Origin: Patescibacteria group bacterium
Lineage (GTDB): Bacteria > Patescibacteriota > Patescibacteriia > Magasanikbacterales > GWA2-37-8
Length of the DNA: 64,000 bases
Direction of reading: 5' to 3'
Assembly (NCBI GenBank): GCA_004321885.1
Contig: SCQK01000007.1
Span: 96,001 to 160,000 of the forward strand
A model generated the notes under the pieces. The model made no database searches. It was not told where the DNA came from and saw only the letters and a list, made by a program, of their open reading frames with translations. Below are positions 20,475 through 29,456 of this stretch, in pieces. Each line of letters opens with the position of its first letter. Within the stretch, counting starts at the first letter, position 1. The translations under genes and the position numbers were made by a program.

Positions 20475-23012
20475 TCACACAACTATACTCACCAACTTTC
20501 CTTTCACGTAAATCACTTTCTTGGGTTGTTTGCCTTCCAGCCATCTCTGAATTTTTTCGCTGGCGAGCGCGCGGCTCTTCGCCTCTTCTTCGGAGATTCC
20601 CGCCACCACTTCCAAAGTGTCGCGCAACTTGCCATTCACCTGCACGGCCAGAGTGATTTCTTTTTCTTTGGCCAGCTCGGGGTCGTACTTCGGCCACGGT
20701 TCAAATGTGATGGATTTTTTATGTCCCAATAGCGACCACAACTCTTCGCACATGTGCGGAGCGAAGGGCGAAAGAATTTTTACGAATAATTCAAAATTCG
20801 CGATGGAAATTTTTGCCTGCTTTGAAAATTCATTACTCAATTCCATCATTTTCGCTATGGCCGTATTAAATCTCATCGCTTCAATATCTTCGGTGACTTT
20901 TTTGATTGTTTGGTGAAGTAGCTGCGTCATGCTGTCATTGCGAGGAGCCGAAGGCGACGTGGCAATCCCTTTCTTTGTTTGGGATTGCTTCGCTTCGCTC
21001 GCAATGACATTGAGCCCCCACACCCTCTCCAAAAACCTACGCACCCCTATCAATCCATTCGTATCCCACTCCACGGCCTGGTCAAACGGCCCCATGAACA
21101 TTATATACGTGCGCAAAGAATCCGCGCCGAATTTTTCCACCATTTCGTCCGGGTTTACCACGTTGCCTTTTGATTTACTCATTTTTTCTCCGCCTTTGGC
21201 TAAAATCATGCCGTGGCTGGTGCGTTTTTTGTACGGCTCACGCGTGGGCACAGCGCCGATGTCAAACAAAAACTGATTCCAAAAACGGGAATACAACAAA
21301 TGTAGAACCGTGTGCTCCATGCCGCCATTATACCAATCCACGCCGCCTTCGCCCGGCTTCGCGGGCTTCGGCGGGCAAAGCCAATATTTTAGCTTTTCCA
21401 TTGAGGCCAATTTCTTATCGTTTTTCGGGTCGCAGTAGCGCAAAAAATACCAACTGCTTCCGGCCCAATTCGGCATGGTGTCTGTTTCGCGCCGAGCCGG
21501 GCCGCCACATTTCGGGCATTTTGTTTTCACCCATTTTTCCATCGCGGCCAAGGGCGATTCGCCTGTGTCGGTCGGCTCATATTTTTTCACTTTCGGCAAT
21601 TCCAAAGGCAAATCTTCTTCCGCCAGCGGAATCCATCCTGGATTCAATCGCTCACCATCGTTTGGAAATTGGAAATTGGAAATTGGAAATTCCGCTTGTT
21701 TTTCGCACGCGGGACAAAAAACAAGCGGGATGGGTTCGCCCCAATAGCGCTGTCGCGAAAACACCCAATCGCGGAGTTTGTATTGCACTTTTTTCTCGCC
21801 AATCTTTTTTTCTTCCAGCCACTTCATTATTTTTTCCATCGGCTCGGGCACGATTTCCTTTATCGGCAAATTAAATTTCTTGGCAAACTCACTGTCGCGC
21901 TCGTCGTGCGCGGGCACGGCCATAATGGCGCCGGTGCCATAACCGGCCAAAACATAATCCGCTACCCACACCGGAATTTCCTTACCCGTGGCCGGGTTAA
22001 TCGCTTTGATACCCTTCAATTCCACGCCTGTTTTCTCTTTTTGAAGCTCTGTCCTCTCTAAATCCGATTTTTTCTTAGCTGATTCAACATATTTTTTTAC
22101 TTCGTCTATATTTGGAAATTGGAAATTGGAAATTGGAAATTTGAGGAGCGAAGCGACGAGTTCATGTTCGGGCGCGACAACCATGTACGTGGCGCCGAAG
22201 AGAGTGTCGGGGCGAGTGGTGAAGACCTCAAGCACACTGTCATTGCGAGGAGCCGAAGGCGACGTGGCAATCCCTTTCTTTGTTTGGGATTGCTTCACTT
22301 CGTTCGCAATGACAAATTTAATCATCGCGCCTTCGCTTCTGCCAATCCAATTTTCCTGCTGGACTTTTGCGCGTTCAATATAATCCACCTCTTTCAAGCC
22401 CTCCAGTAATTTATCCGCGTACTTGGTAATCGCCAGCATCCATTGCTCCTTATTGCGCCGCTCCACCGGCGTACCACAGCGCTCGCACTTGCCGTCCACC
22501 ACTTCCTCGTTGGCTAAGCCGATTTTACACGACGGGCACCAGTTTATGGGCATGGCTTTTTTGTAAGCCAAACCGTGCTTGAAAAGCTGTAAAAAAATCC
22601 ACTGGGTCCATTTGTAATATTTCGGGTCCGTGGTATCCACCTGCCGCGACCAATCAAAACTTAAACCGAGCGATTTTAGCTGGCGCGTGAAATTGGAGAT
22701 GTTTTTTTTCGTCACCTCGGCCGGGGGTTTGCCGGTCTTGATAGCAAAATTTTCCGTCGGCAGGCCGAAAGCGTCAAATCCAATAGGATACAAAACATTG
22801 TAGCCCTCCATGCGGCGCTTGCGCGAAATAATATCCATGGCCGTGTAGGCGCGCGGATGTCCCACGTGCAAACCCTCGCCGCTCGGATACGGAAACTCAA
22901 TCAAAGAATAAAACTTCTTTTTTTTCTTATCTTCTTTAACCTCAAAAGTCCCGTTCTCTTCCCAAAACTTCTGCCACTTTTTTTCAATTTTTTTCGGGTC
23001 GTATTTTGGCAT
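20475..23012 (-). CDS. leuS: Leucyl-tRNA synthetase, with four in-frame repeat insertions
   Basis: HVGH (HIGH-type) motif near the N-terminus, KMSKS, and editing domain. Two family B insertions (both translated ...[20 protein letters not shown]...) and two GGAAATT microsatellite insertions (FPISNFQFP). Confidence 0.9.
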   Translation of the reverse strand: MPKYDPKKIEKKWQKFWEENGTFEVKEDKKKKKFYSLIEFPYPSGEGLHVGHPRAYTAMDIISRKRRMEGYNVLYPIGFDAFGLPTENFAIKTGKPPAEVTKKNISNFTRQLKSLGLSFDWSRQVDTTDPKYYKWTQWIFLQLFKHGLAYKKAMPINWCPSCKIGLANEEVVDGKCERCGTPVERRNKEQWMLAITKYADKLLEGLKEVDYIERAKVQQENWIGRSEGAMIKFVIANEVKQSQTKKGIATSPSAPRNDSVLEVFTTRPDTLFGATYMVVAPEHELVASLLKFPISNFQFPNIDEVKKYVESAKKKSDLERTELQKEKTGVELKGIKAINPATGKEIPVWVADYVLAGYGTGAIMAVPAHDERDSEFAKKFNLPIKEIVPEPMEKIMKWLEEKKIGEKKVQYKLRDWVFSRQRYWGEPIPLVFCPACEKQAEFPISNFQFPNDGERLNPGWIPLAEEDLPLELPKVKKYEPTDTGESPLAAMEKWVKTKCPKCGGPARRETDTMPNWAGSSWYFLRYCDPKNDKKLASMEKLKYWLCPPKPAKPGEGGVDWYNGGMEHTVLHLLYSRFWNQFLFDIGAVPTREPYKKRTSHGMILAKGGEKMSKSKGNVVNPDEMVEKFGADSLRTYIMFMGPFDQAVEWDTNGLIGVRRFLERVWGLNVIASEAKQSQTKKGIATSPSAPRNDSMTQLLHQTIKKVTEDIEAMRFNTAIAKMMELSNEFSKQAKISIANFELFVKILSPFAPHMCEELWSLLGHKKSITFEPWPKYDPELAKEKEITLAVQVNGKLRDTLEVVAGISEEEAKSRALASEKIQRWLEGKQPKKVIYVKGKLVSIVV
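20934..21008. repeat. Family B element inserted in frame in leuS
   Basis: gtcattgcgaggagccgaaggcgacgtggcaatccctttctttgtttgggattgcttcgcttcgctcgcaatgac; an identical copy at 22239-22313 lies also inside leuS. Confidence 0.85.
22114..22141. repeat. Family C GGAAATT heptamer microsatellite (4 copies) inside leuS
   Basis: ggaaatt x4; other arrays at 21663-21683, 36368-36398, 58432-58460, 60418-60452, 60885-60915 and intergenic 17300-17345. Confidence 0.85.
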
Positions 23013-23013
23013 A

Positions 23014-23790
23014 TTATTTAAACAACTCCAATAATTTTTTATGCAAAACCGGATTGGCGACTATAATATCACACTCGCCTCTCTTCCACTCCTCTCCAAA
23101 ACTGTTTGTCCATTTGGCTCCGGCTTCGGTGGCGATAACATACGGCGCCAAAAAATCATGATAAAAACCGGCGTTGGTCACGACCGCGTCTATGCGGCCC
23201 GCGGCCAAATGGCACATGGTTAAAATTGTCCCCATATTATGTAGCCAGCACCCGGTGTCGCCGTTTATATTATTCCAAAAACGCACATAATCCTTAAATC
23301 TTTTTTGCCCGTTTCCGCAACCCACCGCGCCCTGGCTGAAAATCAAAAAACAATGCTCCACCTTATCGTAATTTCCAACTTTAATCCGCTCCCCGTTCAA
23401 GTACGCCCCCTCGCCTTTTTGCGCCCAAAACAATTCATCATTCATGGCATCGTAAATCGCGCTCAAGTATGGCGTTCCATTTTTTGTCAGGCCGACCATC
23501 ACGCACCACATCGCCACATGGTTGGCGAAGTTACGTGTGCCGTCTATTGGGTCTATCACCCAGGTATGCTCGGCCCCCGGATTTATTTCCTCTTTTCGTT
23601 CTTCGGAAATTATTCCGTGGTCCGGATATTTTTCCAAGATTTTTTCTATCAAAAATTTCTCCACTTCCGTGTCCGCTTCGGTAATTACGTCCGACGGATT
23701 TGATTTGACGCCGCTTTTGACCCCTTTCAAATAATATCCCTTGGCCAAATACCCGGCTTCTTTAATGGTGGATTTTACAAATTCAAGCAT
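23014..23790 (-). CDS. Inositol monophosphatase family protein (SuhB/CysQ-like)
   Basis: IMPase motifs [12 protein letters not shown] and the metal-binding region; 258 aa. Confidence 0.8.
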   Translation of the reverse strand: MLEFVKSTIKEAGYLAKGYYLKGVKSGVKSNPSDVITEADTEVEKFLIEKILEKYPDHGIISEERKEEINPGAEHTWVIDPIDGTRNFANHVAMWCVMVGLTKNGTPYLSAIYDAMNDELFWAQKGEGAYLNGERIKVGNYDKVEHCFLIFSQGAVGCGNGQKRFKDYVRFWNNINGDTGCWLHNMGTILTMCHLAAGRIDAVVTNAGFYHDFLAPYVIATEAGAKWTNSFGEEWKRGECDIIVANPVLHKKLLELFK

Positions 23791-23895
23791 ACTTTATACC
23801 CCACCCTGTGTCCCTCCCCTAAAAGGGGAGGGGAATGTTTGCGTGCCTACATTTTATCGCAAACAGGGCTAAAAATCAAATTACGCCCGGATAAA

Positions 23896-23924
23896 TTGAC
23901 CTAACTGCCCAGTTCGTTTATACT
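23896..23924 (+). promoter_or_regulatory. Strong sigma70-like promoter (TTGACC-17-TATACT) of an orphan ~250-nt transcription unit
   Basis: ttgacc at 23896-23901, a 17-nt spacer, tatact at 23919-23924. Confidence 0.55.
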
Positions 23925-24000
23925 ATTGCTAAGCGTGGTGTGCTGTCTGTCGCTTATCAGCGGCTGAAAGCCCCACACAACACTCCAACGAGGAGGAACA

Positions 24001-24057
24001 ATGAAAGTCGGCAACAGAGCAGGCCCGGCCCAGAGCCGAGCCAACAACACGCGCTGA
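24001..24057 (+). CDS. Putative 18-aa small ORF (MKVGNRAGPAQSRANNTR) with a strong Shine-Dalgarno
   Basis: gaggagg sits 5 nt upstream of the ATG; it lies between the promoter at 23896 and the terminator at 24152. Coding status is uncertain and the transcript may instead be an sRNA. Confidence 0.3.
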   Translation: MKVGNRAGPAQSRANNTR

Positions 24058-24151
24058 TCGCAGAAGCCAACCGCCTCTTCGGGGCAGGAGGTGAAAATGC
24101 ACTGGCCGTGACAAACACGGACGGCGTAGGCACTGTGACGGAGCAGGACCA

Positions 24152-24182
24152 GGGGGCGGTCTCGACGACGCCCCTTTTTTTA
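24152..24182 (+). terminator. Rho-independent terminator
   Basis: Stem ggggcg/cgcccc with a 10-nt loop (gtctcgacga), followed by seven T. Confidence 0.6.
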
Positions 24183-24190
24183 ATCTCAGC

Positions 24191-24316
24191 TAAATTAAAA
24201 CGGAGGGTATATATAATTTTTGTAGCGGCCATCGCACCCCCGCGGGGCAGCGGTCGCCGCAGGCGACCCTGTTTGGCCGCAAAAAAATTATATATACCCT
24301 CCGTTGTTTTAATTTA
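24191..24316. repeat. Long perfect AT-rich palindrome (about 33-bp arms) enclosing a conserved 57-nt GC-rich structured core, copy 1 (downstream of trxA)
   Basis: Arms taaattaaaacggagggtatatataatttttg / caaaaaaattatatataccctccgttgttttaattta; core gcggccatcgcacccccgcggggcagcggtcgccgcaggcgaccctgtttggccgc. The right arm overlaps the trxA stop codon. Confidence 0.8.
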
Positions 24317-24634
24317 CGCGTACTTCTCCAGCATCTCTTTCAACTTCTCTTTCTGCACCCCGCCCGTCAGCTGGTCCACTATCTGGCCGTCCTTGAAAAC
24401 CATAAACGAAGGGATACTCAACACACTATACTGCGCGGCCGTGTCGCCGTTCTCGTCCACATTCATCTTGCCGATTTTAATGTTCTTGCCCTCAAATTCC
24501 TTGGCCAATTCTTCCACTATCGGCCCCATCATCTGGCACGGCCCGCACCACGGCGCCCAAAAATCCACAAACACCGGCTGTTTGGATTGCAAAACCTCCT
24601 CGTTAAAATTTTTGTCGGTAAACACGTTGTCCAT
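24314..24634 (-). CDS. trxA: Thioredoxin
   Basis: 106 aa with the WCGPC active site (FWAPWCGPCQMMGP). Confidence 0.9.
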   Translation of the reverse strand: MDNVFTDKNFNEEVLQSKQPVFVDFWAPWCGPCQMMGPIVEELAKEFEGKNIKIGKMNVDENGDTAAQYSVLSIPSFMVFKDGQIVDQLTGGVQKEKLKEMLEKYA

Positions 24635-24698
24635 ATTTATTTTTTTCTGGATTCCCCCGTACTTAGTCGGGGGAATGACAGCTTGTGTTTAATTATTA

Positions 24699-24803
24699 GC
24701 AAAGTTTTGTGATTTTTTTCGCAGCGGCCATCGCACCCCCAAGGGGCAGTGGTCGCCGCAGGCGACCCTGTTTGGCCGCAAAAAAAAATTCACAAAACTT
24801 TGC
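24699..24803. repeat. Copy 2 of the conserved 57-nt core in a different perfect palindrome (about 22-bp arms), upstream of trxA
   Basis: Arms gcaaagttttgtgatttttttc / gaaaaaaaaattcacaaaactttgc; core gcagcggccatcgcacccccaaggggcagtggtcgccgcaggcgaccctgtttggccgc, in the same orientation as copy 1. Confidence 0.8.
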
Positions 24804-24805
24804 CT

Positions 24806-26824
24806 TTAACTTAACACCAACTTTTTCTCCTTTTCCTCTTCCTTGTAACACTCCAGCACATCATCTATCTCCAATTTTAATTTACCCTCAAACTGCGCCC
24901 CGCACTCGCTACCCTCGGGCACTTCGTTCAAAATCTGCTTGGCCACCTGCAACTGCGACAACTTACCCAAGCCGATAATCTCTTCCCCGCGCTTTACTCG
25001 CGCTTTACAGCCCTTCTGCAGTTTGCCCTGTTCCACGCGGCCGCCGACTATCATATTGCCCTTGCCGGTGCGGAAAATCGCCACCACCTTGAACACCCCG
25101 AGTTCAGTAGTAATTTTTTCCGGACTCAACAACTTGCCCATTTCTTCTTTGACGAAATCCAGCAGGTCGTAAATTATTTTGTACTCATTATACACTAATT
25201 TTTTATCGCGCGCCATTTCTTGCGCCACCGGGTTGATGGTAACATTAAAAGCAAAAAGCATGGCGCCGGCGGCTTCGGCCTTGGCCACGTCATCTACCGT
25301 CACATTGCCCAGGCCCTTGCCCACCACGCGCACGCCCACCTCGTCATTTTTAATTTTTCCCAGCGAACCGATAATCGCTTCCAGCGAGCCGAGCGTATCG
25401 CCCTTCACCACCACGTTCAAAACCTTCTTTTGCTCGTCGCTTTCAGCCGCGCCCAGGGCAAAAGTTTCTTTTTCCGCGCCCATCTGCTTATTTTTTTTCT
25501 CTTTTATGTCAATGGCCTTGGCCCCGGCGGCCGCGGCCACGTCCAAAATATCCCCCACGGCCGGCGCCACCTTAAATCCCAGAATGCGCGCCGGACAGCT
25601 GGGCGGGGCCGTCAGCAAATTTTCTCCTTTGTGATTTTTCATGGCCCGCACCTTGCCGTAAATCTCGCCGTTTATCACCAGCGGGTCGTTCACGCGCAAA
25701 GTGCCGGTCTGCACCAAAATCGTGGCCACCGGGCCTTCGCCCTTGTCCACGTGCGCCTCAATGACCGTGCCCGCGGCCGAGCGGTCCGGATTGGCTTTAA
25801 TGCTGTCGGCATGCACGTCGGCCACTAAAAGCAACACATCAAGTAGCTTATCTATGTGCAAATTCTGTTTGGCGGAAATTTCCACCATGGGCGTGTCCCC
25901 GCCCCACTCCTCGCCTATCACTCCGTTTTGCGACAAATCAACGCGCACCTTTTGCGGGTCAGCTCCCTCTTTGTCAATTTTATTGAGCGCCACCACGGTC
26001 GGAATTTTGGCGGCCTTGATAATGTTTATCGCTTCCAAGGTTTGGGGCTTGACGCTGTCGTCGGCCGCCACCACCAGAATGGCGATGTCAGCCACCTTGG
26101 TGCCGCGGCTGCGCATCACCGTAAAGGCCTCGTGCCCGGGAGTGTCTATAAATGTCAGGGGGGATTTTTCTTTGGTTTTGGGATTGGTCCAAATCACCTG
26201 ATAAGCGCCGATGTGCTGGGTAATGCCACCAGCCTCGGATTCCATGACATTGGTGCGTCGAATAGCGTCTAACAATTTTGTTTTACCGTGGTCAACGTGC
26301 CCCATCACCACGATAACGGGCGGGCGGCGCGTGGTAGCGTCCGCGGCCAAAATTGATTCCAAATTATTTTCGTGCGCCGAGACTGCTTCGGTTTTTTGCT
26401 CGGGTTCGCGCACGGTAAAACCGAATTCCTGCGCCATCAGCACGGCCGTGTCATGGTCCAGGCGCTCGTTTTGCGCAGCCAAAATTCCGTTTTTCATGAG
26501 TTCAACGATAAGGCCGGTAACCGGCATCTGCAAAATATCGGCGAATTGGCGCACGGTCAGCTGGTTTGGTATGGCCACGCTGGCGCCGCTCGTCTGGCGC
26601 GCCTCTTTTTCCAGCTCTTTTTGTTTTTCTTTTTCCTTGCGCTCGCGCTCTTCCAGCACGAACTTTATCCGTTTCCAGGCGCGCTGAATCTGCTGGGCCA
26701 CGCGGTCATCCACTTTCACGGCCCGAGCGCCGATATCAAAACCAAACTCTGGCAAAATTTGCAAAAGTTTTTGGGGGTGGACTCGGAGTTGTCTGGCCAG
26801 TTCGCTTACGTTCATAAAGCTCAA
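24806..26824 (-). CDS. infB: Translation initiation factor IF-2
   Basis: GTPase domain (GHVDHGKTKLLD, DTPGHEAF, NKIDK), then IF-2 domains II-IV; 672 aa. Confidence 0.9.
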   Translation of the reverse strand: MSFMNVSELARQLRVHPQKLLQILPEFGFDIGARAVKVDDRVAQQIQRAWKRIKFVLEERERKEKEKQKELEKEARQTSGASVAIPNQLTVRQFADILQMPVTGLIVELMKNGILAAQNERLDHDTAVLMAQEFGFTVREPEQKTEAVSAHENNLESILAADATTRRPPVIVVMGHVDHGKTKLLDAIRRTNVMESEAGGITQHIGAYQVIWTNPKTKEKSPLTFIDTPGHEAFTVMRSRGTKVADIAILVVAADDSVKPQTLEAINIIKAAKIPTVVALNKIDKEGADPQKVRVDLSQNGVIGEEWGGDTPMVEISAKQNLHIDKLLDVLLLVADVHADSIKANPDRSAAGTVIEAHVDKGEGPVATILVQTGTLRVNDPLVINGEIYGKVRAMKNHKGENLLTAPPSCPARILGFKVAPAVGDILDVAAAAGAKAIDIKEKKNKQMGAEKETFALGAAESDEQKKVLNVVVKGDTLGSLEAIIGSLGKIKNDEVGVRVVGKGLGNVTVDDVAKAEAAGAMLFAFNVTINPVAQEMARDKKLVYNEYKIIYDLLDFVKEEMGKLLSPEKITTELGVFKVVAIFRTGKGNMIVGGRVEQGKLQKGCKARVKRGEEIIGLGKLSQLQVAKQILNEVPEGSECGAQFEGKLKLEIDDVLECYKEEEKEKKLVLS

Positions 26825-26826
26825 CT

Positions 26827-27240
26827 ACCCTCTCCTGTTAGGGGAGGGATAAAGGGATGGGGTATCCACTCAATATCCCTAAAATCTTACTCTCTTACAC
26901 TGAATTAGTCAAATACGGGAATATCGCTGGCTCCATAGTGCCCGACTTAGTCGGGGCTGTGGAGCCGTAATGCACTCTGGCTCCACGCACAGCATGGAGC
27001 CAGCGACATTTGACACGCGCCCGATTTTGTGATAAAGTGATTTCACAATTAAAATAATAATTCTGGATTCCCCCGACTTAGTCGGGGGAATGACAGATGA
27101 GATTTTTGAGGGAATTTTTTAAGAGGAAACTCGTATGGCTCGTGCGGCTGAAACTGCCAAAAATACGCTAACGAAAACACTTTCAAGCGCTATCCGTGTG
27201 TGGGTTCCCCCGTACTTAGTCGGGGGAATGACAAACGAAT
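26827..27240. repeat. Intergenic repeat hotspot with a family D hairpin, a family E element and two family A copies
   Basis: 26827-26862 (D), 26925-27010 (E: ggctccatagtgcccgacttagtcggggctgtggagcc...), 27063-27098 (A), 27203-27238 (A); a 500-bp spacer between infB and rny. Confidence 0.8.
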
Positions 27241-27332
27241 CGGCCATCACTTCGGCTTTGTTTGCGTTCGTAAAATAAACAAGGCCTCTCTTCTTAAAAT
27301 TTTCGCCCGCAAAAATCGCGGAAATTTTTTGT

Positions 27333-28862
27333 ATGACTAAAGAACTGCTCTGGGCGGTTATAACCGCTCTAATTACCGGCGCCGGCATCGCGCTCGGCTA
27401 TTTTTTGCGCAAAAAAATCGCCCAGGCCCAGGCCAATTCCATAGAAGCCAAGGCGGAAAAAATTCTGACCGAGGCCAAAACTAAACAACAAGAATTTATC
27501 CTGCAGGCCAAGGAAAAAGCCGAACATATCATAGACGAAGCCAAGCGCGAAGAAAAACAACTCCGCGCCGAATTGCACAACCTGCAACAGCGGCTGGAGC
27601 GGCGCGAAAGCATGTTTGACCAAAAACTTTTGGAATTTCAGGACAAACAGCAAAAGTTGCAGGAAAAGGTGGAGCGCGTCCAGCAGATAAAGCAAGAATT
27701 GGAACGAGCGCGCGAACAGGAAATGGTGAAATTACAGGAGCTGGCCGGCCTGACGCGCGATGAAGCCAAAACCGAATTGCTGAACCGCGTGGAACAGCAA
27801 AGCAAAGACGACCTGATGTTGCGCATAATGAAGCTGGAAAAAGAAAACAACGACGCCTTCCAGGAAAAAGCCAGGGATATAATCACCGAGGCCATTCAAC
27901 GTTGCGCGTCTTCGCACGCGGCCGACATCACTTCCACGACAGTAGCGCTGCCGAGCGAAGACATGAAAGGCCGAATCATCGGCAAGGAAGGCCGCAACAT
28001 CAAGACCATAGAAAAACTGACCGGTTGCGAACTGGTAATAGACGACAGCCCGGACACGATTATGGTTTCGGGCTTCTCGCCCATCCGCCGGCAAATCGCC
28101 AAGCTGGCGCTGGAAAAGCTGATGGCCGACGGCCGCATCCAGCCGGCGCGCATTGAAGAATTTATAGAAAAAGCCAAGCAGGATTTGGCTTTGGACATAA
28201 AAAAGGCGGGCGAAGAGGCCCTGTATAAAATGGGCATCACCGGCATTGACCCCAAACTGGTCGGCATCGTGGGACGGCTGAAATACCGTACCAGCTACGG
28301 CCAAAACATCCTAAACCATTCTATGGAAGTAGGCTACTTGTCGGGCCTTATCGCCAGCGAGCTGGGGCTGGACGCGGCCAAAGCCAAAAAGTGCGGCTTT
28401 TTCCATGACATCGGCAAGTCCGTGGACCAGGAAACCCAGGGCACTCACCCGGAAATCGGCGGGGTTATTCTGAAGAAATTCAACATGGACGAGGACCTGG
28501 TGCAGGCCGCGCAAACCCACCACAACGACAAACCATACAATATCTATTCTTCCATCGTCAAAGCCGCCGATGCCATTTCCGGCGCGCGCGTCGGGGCGCG
28601 CAAAGACAGCTACGAAGCCTTTGTGGCGCGCCTGGAAGAGCTGGAAAAAACCGCCGCGGCTTTTCCGGGCATTGAAAAAGTCTACGCCATTCAGGCCGGA
28701 CGCGAGGTGCGCGTGTTTGTGAAGCCCAATGAAATAGACGACTACTCGGCTTTTCAGCTGGCCAAAGACATTGCCCGCAAGATTGAGCAGGACTTGCAGT
28801 ACCCGGGCGAAATCCGCGTCAGCATTATCCGCGAAACCCGCGTGGTGGAATACGCCAGATAA
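27333..28862 (+). CDS. rny: Ribonuclease Y
   Basis: N-terminal TM anchor, coiled coil, KH domain (IIGKEGRNIKTIEKLTG) and HD domain (HSMEV...FFHDIGK...THH); 509 aa. Confidence 0.85.
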   Translation: MTKELLWAVITALITGAGIALGYFLRKKIAQAQANSIEAKAEKILTEAKTKQQEFILQAKEKAEHIIDEAKREEKQLRAELHNLQQRLERRESMFDQKLLEFQDKQQKLQEKVERVQQIKQELERAREQEMVKLQELAGLTRDEAKTELLNRVEQQSKDDLMLRIMKLEKENNDAFQEKARDIITEAIQRCASSHAADITSTTVALPSEDMKGRIIGKEGRNIKTIEKLTGCELVIDDSPDTIMVSGFSPIRRQIAKLALEKLMADGRIQPARIEEFIEKAKQDLALDIKKAGEEALYKMGITGIDPKLVGIVGRLKYRTSYGQNILNHSMEVGYLSGLIASELGLDAAKAKKCGFFHDIGKSVDQETQGTHPEIGGVILKKFNMDEDLVQAAQTHHNDKPYNIYSSIVKAADAISGARVGARKDSYEAFVARLEELEKTAAAFPGIEKVYAIQAGREVRVFVKPNEIDDYSAFQLAKDIARKIEQDLQYPGEIRVSIIRETRVVEYAR

Positions 28863-28984
28863 TCAACTGTCATTTCACGGCCTTTACTGTCATTCCAGCG
28901 CAGGCGGGAATCCACGGTGGTCAAAACAATTATTTTGTGTTAGAGTTATCCATATGCCTAACTTCAACCGAAAGGGGGTGACTT

Positions 28985-29263
28985 ATGAATAAAGCAGAAT
29001 TAGCCCAGAAACTGGCGGAAAAATTGAATGTCGCCAAGAAACAGGCCGAAGATATGTTGAATACTTTCACTGACCTGGTTACCGAAGCGCTCAAAAAAGG
29101 CGAAGAGGTGGTGCTTACTGGTTTCGGCGCTTTCAGCGCCAAACAGCGCGCCGCCCGCCAAGGCGTCAATCCGCAGAACCCTTCGCAGAAAATCAGCATC
29201 CCGGCTGTCACCGTGCCGAAATTCAAAGCCGGCAAGGCCCTGAAAGACGCTTTGAAACAGTGA
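28985..29263 (+). CDS. hup: DNA-binding protein HU
   Basis: 92 aa with HU/IHF signatures (GFGAFSAKQRAARQGVNPQN...IPAVTVPKFKAGKALKDA); GGGGGTG Shine-Dalgarno upstream. Confidence 0.85.
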   Translation: MNKAELAQKLAEKLNVAKKQAEDMLNTFTDLVTEALKKGEEVVLTGFGAFSAKQRAARQGVNPQNPSQKISIPAVTVPKFKAGKALKDALKQ

Positions 29264-29307
29264 TTATTTTGAGCAAAAAGGCCCCCGCCGCAAACGGAGG
29301 GCTTTAT

Positions 29308-29379
29308 GGCCCCATCGTCTAATGGTTAGGACGCTGCCCTTTCAAGGCGGAAATCCGGGTTCGATTCCCGGTAGGGTCA
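29308..29379 (+). tRNA. tRNA-Glu (anticodon UUC); CCA not encoded
   Basis: Manual fold: acceptor ggcccca/tagggtc (one C-A mismatch), D arm gtct-aatggttag-gacg, anticodon stem ctgcc/ggcgg with loop ctTTCaa, T arm ccggg-ttcgatt-cccgg. Confidence 0.75.
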
Positions 29380-29456
29380 CACACTTCAATACTTCAAATT
29401 GTAAAATTATTGTACAGCTGATATAATACATATATTAATATATCATCAGTACAAAT

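Noticed and set aside
20464-20697. N-terminal extension of the ComEC ORF to 20697
   Set aside because: It overlaps the last 220 nt of leuS in another frame and has Arg-rich nonsense composition; the TM protein proper starts at MTMHSKSK.
21663-22141. The GGAAATT and hairpin repeats as a possible CRISPR array
   Set aside because: The units are 7-nt microsatellites or isolated palindromes with no regular repeat-spacer periodicity and no cas genes; not CRISPR.
23985-24040. Resemblance of ggaggaacaatgaaagtcggc...caggcccggcc to the RNase P RNA P4 region (GGAGGAAAGUCCGGGCUCC)
   Set aside because: The match is partial and the promoter-to-terminator unit (about 250 nt) is too short and lacks the other conserved RNase P regions; kept only as an orphan transcript.
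23940-24692. 250-aa plus-strand ORF spanning the orphan promoter/terminator unit, the palindromic element and trxA
   Set aside because: It runs through an intrinsic terminator and a 120-bp perfect palindrome and lies antisense to trxA; its composition (Arg/Pro/Ala runs) is not protein-like.
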